From positions 15,190,001 to 15,254,000 of the forward strand of contig CM106586.1 in NCBI GenBank assembly GCA_048013815.1: 64,000 nucleotides of DNA, given 5' to 3'. Positions 33,390 to 47,999 of the stretch are shown piece after piece. Both the position numbers and the translations under genes were made by a program. Below the pieces are notes generated by a model. That model worked only from the letters and a program-made list of their open reading frames with translations. It did not search any database and was not told the DNA's origin. The DNA comes from Setoptus koraiensis (taxonomy: Eukaryota; Animalia; Arthropoda). Positions within the stretch are counted from its first letter, which is position 1; each line of letters begins with the position of its first letter.

Positions 33390-36300
33390 GGTAGGCGAAA
33401 TTAGCGCAAATGAGGGCGATACTAACTAGAAATCCTCTCACTATGACCGTAGGCAGTTGATTGGCTTCCTGTGCCTGGACAGCTAGATAATTTTTTGCAT
33501 AATTAGTTTGGCTGGCAGAATAGAATAGGACTGACGGGAGAGACGGGGAGAGGGAAATAAAAATTGAATTGTTATGGTCAGCGATTGTGATGGTTTTATT
33601 GGGTCATGTCAATGATTTGTGGAGGGCGAGCACGCGGTCAGCGCGCGACAGGTCGAATGGATTTATTTTCACTGTCAAGTAATTGGCTCAAAATTGGTAC
33701 GTTAGTGATTGGCGCAAATCGCTGCAAATCGCTTCAAATCAAGCAGCAACTTAGTGCGACTAATTCGGCCAGTGGCCAATCGGCATTTGTTTATTATTAC
33801 CTGTAATTAATAGTAATTGTTGTGTAATAAATAATTTATTTCTGACGATCGCTGCTGATGTGTGTGTTTTGTGCAAATGTAAATGTTGTTTCAAGTGTTG
33901 TTGGCCGCTACTTGTGCCGCTGCCGTTGCTGTTTGTGGTCGTCTTGGGCTTGCGCAACGCCAACTTCCTGTGGCATGCGGCTGTTGTTGTTGTTGTTGTT
34001 GCTGTTGGTTGTTGTTGTTGTTTGTCGTTGTTGATAGCGATAATATTACATCGGCAACAACAACAGGTGTTTTTGCTGCCAGTTACTGACTTTTGTTGGT
34101 GTTGTTGCCGTTCAATAGACGATGATGGCTCAACGAGCGCACACAACAACAACCTGTTACTCGATGTTGTTGTTGTTGTCGCCGTTCTTCTTCTTCTATT
34201 TCCGTTGCTCACATCCATTTTGGTATTAGTAGTATCTGGCAAACGGTTAATCATTGTTCAAAAGGAAATTGTGAATTGCTGTCGTGCCACTTAGTTGGCA
34301 CAGCTTGGCACACACACACACACACACTAATTTGTTAGCTTGGCGATGATATACAATTACTGCTGTTGTTGGCTAGCTGGATATGAGCGGCTACATCAGC
34401 GGTCATTTGTGTTGCCTTTATAAGTGAATAAGTTTTTCAACTTTTTTCTTCGATTGTCTCGAGTTTGCTCGCCGTAATGGGCCAAGTAATGCCAACTGCG
34501 CCCAACTGTTGCACTGGCAATCGCTCTCTATCCAGGTAGCTGCTCGTAGCTGTTGTTGTTGTCCATCGTTGTGTCTCTCGCTGTCTTTGTCTGTCTCGCC
34601 GAAAACGGTTAGTAGTTGAACTTCGCTGAAGGAGCTCGCCAAAGAACAATTGGCGCAATGCTGTGCGTTTCGTCTGTGCGATTGCGATGATAGTGATGAG
34701 AATATGCAAATTATTAGCAGCTTATTCAAATCAGTGCCTGCTCGGCGAGCAGTAATAGTTGGTTAGATGTTATATTAGCTTAGCGGGCATTAGTTGGTGG
34801 CGGCCATTGTGCTCTAATTGTTGTTGTCGAGCCCACCGCAAGTTGTTGTTGTTACACAAACACCTAACTGTGTTGTATTTGCTTAACTGCTATCACTGTA
34901 ACTGAGATGACGCTGACTCTCGGCTCGATAACTGTAAATGAGTGCCCCGGATGAGGGTAACTCCGGCGACGAGAACAAACTAAAACCCGGCACAAATAAA
35001 CCCGATGAGATAACTGTGTGTGTGTGTGACGATACGCTTCTCGATGATGCACAAATGTCTTGGCTCACAAATGTCAGCCATTTGAAATCTGGATTGAGTG
35101 CTAATGAGCGAGTCTCATTTGCTCATTGTTTGTCGAATGCCAGCACCAGCGTCTAAGCAAAAAAGAATCGACACAACAAAAAAGACAATTTGTTAGTCAA
35201 ATAGAGGGCGTTGCTGGCAGTTTTTGTATTACCACCGTATGTGAGTCTAGCTTTGCGCTGCCTGCCACCTGTCTCACAACTTGGCCTGTCAATGGCAACC
35301 TTAAAACTTGACGATATGGCGAGCTAATCTGAGCTCGAAATCTATCGCATCTATGTATCAATGGCTGTGTTACGAGCTAATATCTTTATTATAATCACTT
35401 GCGATCACGAAAACAAACAAACAAATAGATGAACAAATAATCAACGCGACAATGCAAGATACCGTTAGACGAAGATTCGGTGGGCGGCGTCTCGTTTTAA
35501 ACTTTTTCTCATTATAAACTTTTTCTCCTTCTTCGGGTTTATCACTGGCTCATTATTATTAGCTGCATTCTATAGGATGGCCGACTAAAATTAGCTAACT
35601 GACTTCGGGGCGCCCTCTAGAATAGAATAATCTGTTGTTGTCGCTGTTGTTGTTGTTGTTGTCGAGTTTGTACAATTTATAACAACAGATTTAAAAGATA
35701 ATTTATAAATTGGCACGCTGCTAGCATGTAAACTTGGCTCTATTCCACTGACAGGGGTAACAAGTTGTTTTTAAGCTCTTCAAACAAACAATCACTCTTA
35801 GATAGCGAGCTCGCAGGTAACAACAATGCTATCATGGCTTGGCATGCAAGCGATACCCGAGGTGCAGCGCGACAACGATTAATCAACTAATTAACTGATC
35901 GGCTAATTAACTGATCAACTAATGGACTGATAAAGCAACAAACGCACGTTGTTGGCGGCACTTGCTCAGCCATGGATGTTCTTTTGCGAGCGGTCGACAG
36001 GTGATGCAGACCAAGCCCGACATTTGTGCTAAGCTCAACAGTGAGGACAGTCGGATTTAAGGGGATTATGGAATTTGGATGCCGGTCGATATTGAGTATC
36101 CGTGAATATGCGTGGATATCCGCGAATATGCGTGAATATCCGTTCTTCCAAGGCATCTCCGGCCGGCTGTCGATGTTTTGCGGGGCCAATCGAAAAGGTG
36201 GCTGCAAACAACAATGCAACAGCAGCACAATGGCGCTGCAGTAATCGAGTGGCGTCTAGACAGAAACGATTCGGGCTTCTCTCGGCGCCCTCAATCGCAT

Positions 36301-37398
36301 TAATTGGCCTAATGGCCATTGGGCATTGTGTGTTGAATCGGCACACTGTATCTCAGGTAAAGTGTGACCGACCTATCGCATCGAGTAGTCGATGGCATCA
36401 AGTAGTCGATGTAGTCGCAGTGGCGGCATTTGAGTCAAGCAATGTAATAATATAATGGCAATATGACGACGAGATTGAATTGCATCATTAGATCGACAAA
36501 TAAATGATTATCGTCTGCTGCATGACACACAATGCACAACCGAACCGGATATTCGGGCACGACCAGTACCGCTGGTGCTCATCGGTATTGATTGGTGGGA
36601 TTGTGCGTTCATTGACAAATGACTTGTTTGTGGCGGCACAAACAAGATCGATTGATCGAAAATAACAATAATCGGCCATTCTTCGTCATTACGGCCGACA
36701 GAGTATCGTGTTCGCTGGTTAACCACACCAACACCACAACAAACCATACGAAAACGAGACAAATTTCATCATTAATCAACCGACTGCCAGGCCAACTGTG
36801 AACTGACAATTGCGAGCGAAAGCGTGAAAAACGTTAGATCAAACAGGTGGAGCTACATCTATATTCAATGTATATTCAATGTACTTTGCAATGTACATTG
36901 TAATGTATATTGTCAGCCATTGTGAGTATGCTAATGCTCGGGCCGAACATAGGAAGAAACGGATAATCGCGTGGGCATTGTGAAGCTGTTCGGCGTGTCG
37001 TATGCGGCCCGCCGAACGAACGATTCGTTTGTCGAACGGCAAACGAATTCGAGCGCCGATTTTAGATTTGATCGCCGAATCGAATCAAATTAAATCGCAT
37101 CGATACACAGTCATATATCATGCGCTCGTGGGCCCGTCAAGCCAGCCAACAAGCAACAACAATGCGCTATCTGTGTCTATCTCGCTGTTCTCGCAACGAG
37201 CTTCCGACAGTCACCGGTCCGGCCGAGCCTCATACGCGAGTCTCATTCGCGAGTCTCATTCGCGAGTCGGATACACTGAGAACTTGTCAGGCGAAATTGC
37301 CAGCCGATCGCTGTGAGCGTATCCAACGAGACAGAGCGATCATATTCGGGTATTTGCCAGTCGTTGATTGCTGATCAATTACATTGTGTTAGTCGGAT

Positions 37399-37439
<41 letters not shown>

Positions 37440-39900
37440 GGCACAATTAACGCGAAAATTAGCTCTAGTTGGTATTAGTTGCTGGTATTGTCCTTGTTGG
37501 TTATTGTTCGGGCTTGTTTGCCTCTCTAATAATCGGACACGGATAATCACGACACGTGCCAGCGAGGAAAGAACGTTTCGAGCGGCAACAGATTAGAGTG
37601 AGCGCATTATGTTGTTAATCTATTAATTGTTGCCTGTCGGGCCCTATGCGGCCGAGGTCACCGCCGATCGAGCCAGCGGCCAGATATCTGTTTGGATTGC
37701 GATCAGCCGCGTATCTGTTTGCAGTGCGACCGCCAGATATGTGGCTGTCGGGCGACCGGCGAGAGCCCCTGACGAACGCCAGCGAAGGCGCGTAAACAAC
37801 GAGCATGACAGTAATGCTCAATTCTTGTATCCAGATAAAACAACGCTGATAACAGCGACACAAGCGGAATCTATGCGAATGTTTTGTTTTCGATGGTTGC
37901 GTCGTGTTCGCTCTGCCAGCTCCGCCAGCTCGCAGCCGAAAAACAAATTGTTCGACAGGTAAGCCGGCTTGTTGTCGTTGTTGCTGTTGTCGTTGTTGCT
38001 GTTGCCGCTGTTGCTGTTGCCGCTGTTGTTGCCGTTGTTGCCGTTGTTGTTGTTGCCGTTGTTGGTTTTGGCATGACAATGACAGCAACGCGCAGGCACA
38101 ATAACACACACAATAACAATCAATTATTCAACAAGTGTTGTCGCCCGGCTAAATTATCGTATTGTAAGCAAGCCCGAACAAACAAATGAGCCTGCCTAAA
38201 CAAACTTTGCTCGCTCTCGTCTGACACCGTGCATAATAACTGATTTACATTACACCGATCCCTATCGTTTCATCGTATCAACGAGCGGCGAAATTGATGA
38301 TCGCGCGCGCGCGCGCCCTCTGATTAGACGTAATTATTAAACGTATTCATGATCAGAGATAGTTATTTTTATTTAATCAAGCAACCGCCAGTCGCTAGCA
38401 GTAGTGTCGACAGGTAGCCCACAGAGAGCCAATGATAATAAACGATAACGGTCGATAATTATCATTGCTAACGGTTGGCGCGCATAGACGACGAGATTAA
38501 ATCAGACTGGATTAGATGTAAATCTTTTGGATTGTTGTCGTTCATTCGCTCATTTATCGGGTATGTGTCGCTGCATGTCGAATGCACGACGAGTACGAGT
38601 CGTATCAGATGTAGACGGCGTACACGAGATGGTTGCACGGTCAGACGATACACGGCCAACTGGACGGCGAGACTAGAGGCGCAGCGCGAAAAATCATCGG
38701 ACTGTCGATCGGTTCAAGACGCACAAATATAGCGTGATACACGAGTGCGAGCCGGCCAGAGAAGGTTGCGTTTTTCGGTCGCTCGGGCGGCCGATTGCTT
38801 GGCCGCTCGGGCAGCCCGATTGCTTGGCCGCTCTGGCGGGCAAACGGGCGAAAAATGCTGGCCAACAACTGGGCTCATTGTTGTGCTGAATTCTGTCTGT
38901 CGGGCCAGCCCGTTGCGGCTCGCTTTGCGTAGCCCGTCTCGGCTGTGGCGGTCGCAAGACGAGCCGATCACTCTCGCTAAGACGCCGCTTGGGCTAGCCT
39001 TGAAAAAGCTCTTGCCAAGACCGAGCGACGTTTATCAGCGAATTTGTGTACAGGTGGCCGAGTCATTTAGCGAATGGCCGCTTGCGTAATTGGCAAATCA
39101 ACATGTTGCAGTGGTTGGCGTTGTTGTCGCTGTCGCTGTTGTCGCTGTTGTTGTTGTTGTTGTGGTCGCTGCTGCCAAAGTCGAATGGCAGTTCGAGATG
39201 GCACCAGTAAAGCCCGGCTAACAACAGGTAACAGCGTCAGTAGGGGCTGTGCGCCGATATTCAAGGTGATGCCTGCATGATGCCTCGTCTCGGCACCGGT
39301 CATAATGAGCACTCATGATAAGTCATGATGAGTCATGATAAAAGCCAGCCAAAGTTTATTTATTCAATAATAATTTCACTTGACCGACTTTATGTTGCCA
39401 TTGCGCAACAACACACGATATTATGCAACACACCAAGGCAACATTAAGGTGACGCAACATTTAAGCGAGCATAATGTGTGCTCGAAAGTAAGACCAAACA
39501 TACACTTGATAATATCGAGTCGCGATGTACAGTTATGTTGCTAAATGTTGCTAAATGTGTTCTTTTTGCAAGCTGACGCAACGCTCAGCTGACAACTGGT
39601 CGAGTGGCAATGAAATATATACCAACAAACTGAAGTAGTGCCTGCATTTGCCCGTTTCGGAGCACCGCTGTCGGCGGACCGTGATCATCAGGCGCTGATG
39701 ACGAGATGACACTGACACTGACCACAACATTCCACCGATCGATCATGCGCCCGTCGCCAGGGAACCCTCAGTTCGTTGCCTTTGGTTGTTCCAAACGAAG
39801 AGTCACGGATCGCCCGATCGTCGGGCTCCGGTGGCGCGAGAAACCGCGCTGGAAATTTTCATCAAACTCTAGCAAAATTTGAAAATTTCTCCTTGCAGCA

Positions 39901-40100
39901 AAAATTTGGAAATTTCGGCGAAAATTTGGAAATTTCAGCGAAAATTTGGAAATTTCGGCGATGATCTGGAAATTTCGGCGACAATTCTGAAATTTCGGCG
40001 ATAATTTGGAAATTTCGGCGATAATTTGGAAATTTCGGCGATGATCTGGAAATTTCGGCGACAATTCTGAAATTTCGGCGATAATTTGAAAGTTTCAGCG
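39901..40100 (+). repeat. 20-bp minisatellite x10 (core GAAATTTCGGCG) with a 60-bp higher-order repeat
   Basis: Read directly; the variant order ATGATCTG / ACAATTCT / ATAATTTG occurs twice. Confidence 0.92.
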
Positions 40101-42300
40101 AAAGAGCGCAAAACTTGACAACTTGGCCGATGAAAACGATTCGGTGTGAAAGTTTCTTGATGAGTCTGGCTCATCATACAACTGCCCGCCGAATGGGTCC
40201 ACAGGACAATGACGCAACAATCGCGCATAAACACGGCAAATCGTCGATCGTTGTGCCGCCGTTCGAGGTCGTTGTCGGCAATTGTCGGTCGACATCGGTG
40301 GCTCGGCAATTGCAACTGGGCAACCATTGGAAATTGCGAAATGTTGAAAGAGAAGCAACAAGAGCCAGGCACCAAGTGCTAAACGCCGTTTAACTGTCTA
40401 GACAGCCGACAACCGGCCTTTTGGACTTTTGGCGCCACCTAAGCGAGTGTGTGATTTGTCGGGACATAAACAACGGATCGACAAGAGCAACGGGCGAGTA
40501 TTGTCGCCAACAACGCCTCATTTGATGCCACTCACAAGGGATAAATTAGACAACGACGCATCTACGAATGCAAGACGAAATGTCATCAGCGGAATGCATG
40601 ACGGCTCACAGTCGCTTGACACTTGGCTCATCTGGCACCAGCTGACATGAAAGTGACATGAAGCTGTCGGCTCATCCGTTATTCAGTCAGTTGCATTTGT
40701 CAAATTGTGCAAAACTGTTTCTCGAACTGTATCACCAGCGAGCTAGGCAACTTGTGTGAGCGGCATGCGGCTGTTTATCAATGCTGTCAATCAAATTCAT
40801 GCCATGGTATCGCACCGTTCAACGCGACTGTGGCAACTTTTTCATTTAGACAGTTATTAGTAGTCACATTGTCTAAATTGTGTGTACGCTCATCATTGAT
40901 GAAACGCTCGACTACACAACGGAATAGAGATGCAATAATGAGACGACAAGACATTAATTGTCAGCGGCGTGTGTGTACAGTTGAACGCGCTTGATTTATA
41001 CTCACTAATTAGTTTGTATCTCGCTTCCGGTTCGAATATTAACCAGCAGTGGTTATGGTAATTGTGTGCTTGATGCCGATTGGTGTCTACTCTTGGTGTG
41101 TTGCCTGTCGCATCGCATATCACATGCACTGTTGGTGTTCGTTGTCGCCCGTTGATTTGAATCTGGCGAAATGTGCGCGAGTCTTTGTGAATTTAGAATT
41201 TTTTCGCAGATATTTCGCACTGATCTGTTTGCTGTCGCCGTGTGTCGTGTCGTGAGCCACGAGAGCGTGCTGTGTATGACGAGCTGTGTATGACGAGCTG
41301 TGTATGACGAGCTGTGTTTGAAGCGAGCTCTCAGCTGGATAAAATTTCTTGGATAAAATTGGCTGCTGATGGAACGCTGAATACGCTTAATCGGGCGCTG
41401 TCAGGTGAAATTAATTTGAAAATTGTTGAGGCCGGTGCTGATACTGAGACGGCTACGGCAGGCTGATTTTGGCGCTGACGGCTTCTGGCAATGCTGTTTC
41501 GATTTTGGTTTCGCTGGCTGCTGGCTACTGGCGCGATGAGTATTTTTGAATTTTCACTGGCTATTGTCGCACAAATTAGTTGGTCAATTTGAGTTAATTA
41601 GACAGCCAATTTGACCGGTGAGTCGCTTGAGCCGAGAATAACGCCGATGTTTGCGAATGGCGCTGAATAGCGGACGACAGCAAATTGTGCAAGGATGGTG
41701 CAAAGTAAATGGTGCAGGGATAGTGCAAAGTGAATGGTGCAAGCAAAGAAACAAGACAACAGTAAATAGACAGTAAATAGACGCTGCACTTGCGTCGATG
41801 CCCGACTCACCTGTGCTCACCTGTCTTGGCAAGCTTGCGGCTTGTTGTGCCGCCGAGAGCCGTTCGAGACAAACAACTGGATTGGGCGGAGTGTTCTGAA
41901 CTGACCAAGAGTGAGAGCCTTGAAGACTCGGCTAACCTTCCACTGTTGCCCTATTGGATTCGCCTCGCCACTGAATACTGTTCGCTGGATAGACTCTCTC
42001 TCTCGCTCGCTCTCGCTGCCTCCTCGAATCAGCTGGCTGCGAATCGCTCACGCTGGCTGATAATCGGCGGCTCACTCGAACGCACACATAATGTGATTCG
42101 AATGTCGGCGGCCGCCAGCGAAATCGCTCTTCTTCTCGGATTATTTCTTCTCGGCGAGTTCTTCTAGTTTCCATGCCAGTCGCAATATTGAAACTCGACG
42201 CCTGTTAGCGAGCGCCGATATCAGCGGCATGTCGAGCGAGCATGACATGAGCTCTGCCAGACAGTGCCAAACGACCGAGCTGATGACTTTTCGCCTCTCT

Positions 42301-42368
42301 GCTCGCTCGGCTTCTTTGCTCGCTCGGCTTCTTTGCTCGCTCGGCTTCTTTGCTCGCTCGGCTTCTTT
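42301..42368 (+). repeat. 17-bp tandem repeat GCTCGCTCGGCTTCTTT x4
   Basis: Read directly. Confidence 0.9.
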
Positions 42369-45300
42369 GCTCGCTTCGCCTCTTGGCTCGCTGGCTCGGC
42401 GAAGCTAGAGAAGAGAAGCTAGAGAAGAGAAGCTAAAAATTGATGCCCAATCTGCCAATATGCCAGCCGCTGCCAACTGCTGGCATGTGCGCCAACTGTG
42501 ATGGCACCGGGCATATGGCAAGCCGGCGCAGTTGCGCTGCAACAAGTGCCCGCTAACTGTTAGCGGCTAACAGGTAACAAGTGGCCGGCCGGCCGGCCGG
42601 CTCGCCAGAAGCCCAACGAGAGCTTATTTAGCGTTAATTCAAATTAACCGCTGACACACTGCAGCAACGGCAACCACGGCGACGCCAACAACAACAACAA
42701 CGACAGCGGCAAAATAATAGCAAGATAATAATAGCACTGGCAAGACGACAGCCAAAGAGAAAGAGAAAGGGTATGTTTGTATCGCTTGCGCAACCACTGT
42801 CGGCCGATCATTGTTGTCTCAAATCGCATTTACCTGTCGTTGTTGTTGTTGTTGTTGTTGCTACTATTGACAGGCTCACGGGCTCTCGCTCCGCTAACTG
42901 ACTGCCGTGCTACACATGACGACCATCGTCGATGCTGTGATTGAATAATCATAGGCACACAATCAGCCGAAGCCAATCTTGCAGCCACACCGGCACCAGT
43001 AGCCATAACGGTCTTGCCGCGACGGTCTGGCCATAACGGCCTAGCCGAGCCAACGAGGCCAACAGACGCACAACTGATTGTGCGTTGTTGTGAATGAGTC
43101 GGTTGCTGTACCGACAGAGGCGGGCGTCCGCCTGCCCGCCACCTGTTGGCGTGTCGTGAGTGTGTGTGTGTCAAACAGTGACGCATGAGCCAATGTCCAT
43201 CCATTTAAAGACAGAATGTTATGTAACGGCAGCAACAACAAACAAACAGAAAGCTGAAAAGCCAATATATTCAAATCGCTGCTGCATCCAGTCTATTGAT
43301 AGTGATGCCGTGATGGGCACGATAACGCTTCGATGGTCTCGTCTCGTCTCTTCGCGTCTCACTCGATCTCGTCTAATTTGATTTTGCATTTCGCCAGGCT
43401 TCTGCTCATACCATTACGCTAACCATTATAGACGAACAACCAGATCTCGTTCCATTGATTCCATTCGATCAAATCGGATCAGATCGAATTCGCCTCAGAT
43501 CACTTTATTCGCTTTGCTTCGTTGTTCGTGATTCTTATTGCATTGGTACCACCAAGCAGCCACGCCAACGAGCCAATGCTCAGATAGAGACAATCGCCAC
43601 CGTTGGTCATATGAGTAGGCATAAAAACAACCTGCTCGCAAGCAACTATCAACATTATACCGTTACCATCTCCGGCGAGCTTGTTTGAGGCGAGCAATGA
43701 GGCGAGCAACGAGCCGAAGGCGCCAGAATGAATGAATGGGCAAACTCTCGATCGTTTACTGATTGTGCACTCGCTTTATTTGTATTTCTCTCTCTATTAT
43801 ATGGCTTGTGTTAGCCTCGTCGCTGGACTGGCAAGCCCGTCTTGCATCGACTAACCACTTGTTGCCGCTTGTGCCGTAGACCAGCGACATGTGGCTCGCT
43901 GTTGTTGTTGTGTTGTTGTTGTTGTCGTCGTTGTTGTTGCATGAGACAAGAGCGAGCAAGCGAGCAATGCGACAAACACAAAAAGCCGGCCTGTAGCCAA
44001 AAACAAGAGCCAGAGAGGGAGCATAATGAGATAAAAACTAACTATATCGTCCAATCAATCAAGCATCGTCGCATTACGGCGATACAATCGATGATGCCAT
44101 CGCGCACTCACTACTTTCCAACTGGCTAATTCAGATAAGCTCTCACTCTCTGATTAGTCAGATTGAGAGAGAGAGAGAGCGAGAGAGAGATAAAAATCTT
44201 AAAGCGTTCACCTGTTGGCGCTTCTTCTTTCTGCTGCTTGTTGTTGTTGTTCGCTGGCTGTAATGGTGACTTTGCCGACTTTTGTGACTATATCGACCAT
44301 AGCAATGGGCAAATTGAAAAGAGCCAACAAACACACACAGAGAAAATGCTTGATTGACTGTCGGGCTCACTTGCTACTTCTTTTCGAATGTCTCTTGTCA
44401 AAAAGATACACACCACCCGTATCACTACTGGCCGTTGTATGTTGTGTGTGTGTGTTGCCTCACTTACTACACTATTCTTACTTTAATTAACTTAATGATC
44501 TTAACTAGAGCTCGTTGTAGCTGTTGCCGTCAGAGAACAAGCGAGCGAAAAAGGCCTTCCACTAGGACAATATCAAGTAGCGGTGCATAATTGTTGTTGT
44601 TGCTAACAAGTGTTTCTGTCCACTCGCCAGTTGTGTCTCTCGAGCGCTGGTGGCAGTAGTAGTTGCTTTAGTGGTGGTGCTAGTAGACTTGAGGCAGCAG
44701 CAACGGTTCTCATGCAATCTTCTGTCGTTGTTGTTGTTGTTGTTGTTGCTGTTGTTGTTGCTGTCGTTGTTGTTGTTGTTGCAAAAACAACCTAGAGGGA
44801 TCCATCTGTCTTGCCGGCCAGCCAGCCAGGCGATAGTTTGTTAGTTTCACTAATCACGTTGTGTATATATGGTCGCGTTGCTATCAACAATAAAGCCAGG
44901 CTCCTCTTGTTACAACGATGCAATACATTGCAATGCAACAATAATAATAGTAATAATATTGTTATTATTATTATTATGTCGATATCTAAAATACACACAC
45001 ACACACGCAACTACCACTGGCGCTCTAATTATAATTTGATCTGCCTCTCGTTCTGTTCACCTGTTCGAACTTGTTCATTGGAGGGGCTGCTCCGGCGTTG
45101 CAGCTATTCTCGTTGTTTGTTGCTGTTGTCATATGTACTTGTTCAACTCTCTCCCTCTTTCTCGTCGATTAATTTAACTAGTTAGTATTAGAGCGAGCGT
45201 TGTTATCATCATCACTTACGCTACTTGTTCCACTTTCACATCGCCATGCCAACACATGACGATCTTCCATATGCAATCATCAACATGACGGCCAGCACCC

Positions 45301-47081
45301 CGCCACTTGTTGTTCTAAAGCCATCGTGTCTCTCCATCGTCATGTCCGCATTCCGTATTGTCGGTTTATTGTTAGTTAGAATCGCCAACATCATATTACG
45401 ATAGTTATCTTGATGATGATTCGGTCGAAAACAATTTGTCCAATGTTCGAAACATCTTGAAAGCTTCGCAACACAAGCATCCAAATTTTGAGTGGAAAGC
45501 CGCCACTTGTCGGGCCGGGCTACATGACGCGCCAAACAAACAACACGTCGGACAAAACCGCCAACACTCACTCTTTCTCTCATGTGTCATTTTTGCCAAG
45601 ACCGCCATAACTGTCTCTCTATCTCTACCTTAGACAGACGCGGTCTGTCTAGACCGACGGCTCAGACAAGTCGGCGTTCTTGTCAGCGTCACCATTATTA
45701 ATTCGTTTGCGTGCAAAATCTTGAAAACTGTCTCGACTGCCGTAATAATAATGATGACCGCACTCTTTCTTTTTCAAATCTCTTTAACCTCCATTTTAAA
45801 CTAGGCAGCCAATGCTTGCTGCCTTGATAGAACCAAAATAGAAGATTTCGTCGACAATTTACGACTCCATGACCAACATGGATAAAGTTTTTGCGAATAC
45901 TTCTCCGTATTGGATTTTCCTTACTCTCCAGCTACTTTCACTATTTAACGAGACCAATTGTCTTACCTTGACACGATTATGATTGCGCGCATTAAACTAG
46001 ATCATCTCGCTAGACCAAGATAGCTCGTAATATAAAATATTATTGTTTACTGTCTGTTGTGTGCGGCCAAGAGACAAGCCCAAGCAACTTACCTGTGTAA
46101 TAATCGTAGGTATGTTTCGTTTCATCCATTCGCAACGACCACTTACACAATGTTAACTGAGATGAAAATTTAATAAGAAGAAAAAAATCAAGATATAATA
46201 AACTTTGCTAAAAGCAATTATTAAACACAATTAATTCCAACCGAGATTTTACAGATAAGCCATAAACTATAAATGAGAATGTTCTAGAGTAAAGAGATGG
46301 AAACGAAACTTGACACTACACAAAGATATTGTTGTTGTTGTCGTTTATTCATTTGTACGCAGATGTTTAGTTGATTGCGAAAACGTCCTGTTATGAGAGT
46401 TCCAAATGTATTTATTTGGAGACATGATCGATTCATGACACTTGATACACATACAAACATAGATTGAACACTATCAGGACAGGCTGAATGAAATACAAAA
46501 AGATATTTTGTCACAATTTGTTGGTCTCTTAATTCAATTTGATATGATTGACGATGAGCCCTCGATTTGCATCTAAACAGCTCCAAAAGTTGCAACAGAA
46601 TAAACACATTGACAATGGTGACCCAGACAAGCATTTGCGATAAAAGATCAAGTCTACAAACTAAGATGGATTTCGTACCACTTACAGGACAATACGAGAA
46701 AAAAACGCACATCGTAACATACATAAGTTTAGAAATAGTCTTTTCTAACAGGCCATTATCGTTTCTGATTATATAAGTTATTTCAAGTTTATTCAACACA
46801 ATTTTTCTTTTTTCATTCTATAAATGAAATAATCAAAGTTGGTATATTTACATTGTTGTTTCATTCCATTTTGCTTCGCTTGTTAGACTAGGTACAATGA
46901 GAGGATTCGTGCAAAATACTACTATTCGTCCCTGATTATATTTGTAATATTGAGATCAGTATGATATCTTATGGTACACATCTATATATTGCAAGAAGAA
47001 AGTATCTGTTTGGGCTCGGCATATTTACACGCTTAGACAGATTGATCATGATGATGATGTTGCATTGCTAGTGATTGATTG

Positions 47082-47441
47082 TTACGGTATGAGATGTGTC
47101 AGGTGACTCTGGGCACTTGCATATGTATCATTGGAAGATTGTTCAAGAGAACTACGGTTTGTGGAAACGCTATTGTTACTTTCGTGAGATGACATACTGT
47201 TACCATATTTCCATGTTCTAATGGCTTTACAAACGCAGTAATAAGTGAGTGCCAGCACAATAGTCACAGCTATAAGTAAAACTACAAGGAACGCCAACAA
47301 GACAACGGATGCGTCGTCGACGAAAGAATAAGGTTCATAAGGTTGCAAGTGCATGGAGGACCCTCTATTACTGCTATGCTGAAAGGTATCGCCTATGTTG
47401 TTGTCCATTCCGTTAGATGAATGATTCATTGTGCGCCACAA
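47082..47441 (-). CDS. Small single-pass membrane protein (119 aa)
   Basis: Long hydrophobic stretch VVLLAFLVVLLIAVTIVLALTYYCVC, juxtamembrane Cys and a Ser-rich tail; no signal peptide. Confidence 0.5.
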   Translation of the reverse strand: MWRTMNHSSNGMDNNIGDTFQHSSNRGSSMHLQPYEPYSFVDDASVVLLAFLVVLLIAVTIVLALTYYCVCKAIRTWKYGNSMSSHESNNSVSTNRSSLEQSSNDTYASAQSHLTHLIP

Positions 47442-47999
47442 GTGATAGGATTGATTCTTTGGTGATGGTTAGTAGGGATAAGAGGCGATAATATCGATAA
47501 TAATATTGTGTGTGTTACTTGTGCGTCCCTATTCCAGCTGTGCCCGTCATGTGGAATATTGGTTCGTTGAGGATGGACAAGGCTGAACTAGCGATGGAAA
47601 AAAGATTTCCTTTCAACTCATCACTGTGGACTACGTTAATAATCTATCGAAAGTTTGAATGGGCTTCGGCGGCATGCAAATCGAACTGATAAATATGATT
47701 GGCATCGGGGCTCTGTTGTTCCGATAATCACTACACAGTGTGATTTGGGTGTCGGCCGACGTTTTCCATCGAATATTTGTTGTTACATGTGGTTGTTTGC
47801 ATCAAATATTGACCATGAAATATGCTGAAATAATTGATATAAATAATCTGGCTGATCAATTGAAAATTATGTACAATGTCAGGATGTGCAATAATAAATT
47901 AATAATTCAGCCAGCGGATAATGGTGATTAGCAGGCGTGTATTAGAGGGACCGAAGCGACAACAACAATGGCTGGAAACAATGGAAAGCTTCGCGTCGA

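Noticed and set aside
27700-45200. Dozens of poly-V/L/C/T ORFs on both strands (also antisense to 55.1-58.6 kb and 60.2-61.4 kb)
   Set aside because: Shadow frames of CAA/TTG microsatellites and low-complexity genes; no independent coding signal.
46284-46799. 171-aa hydrophobic ORF as a chemoreceptor fragment
   Set aside because: No convincing GR/IR signature or multi-TM periodicity; AT-rich sequence without supported splice partners.
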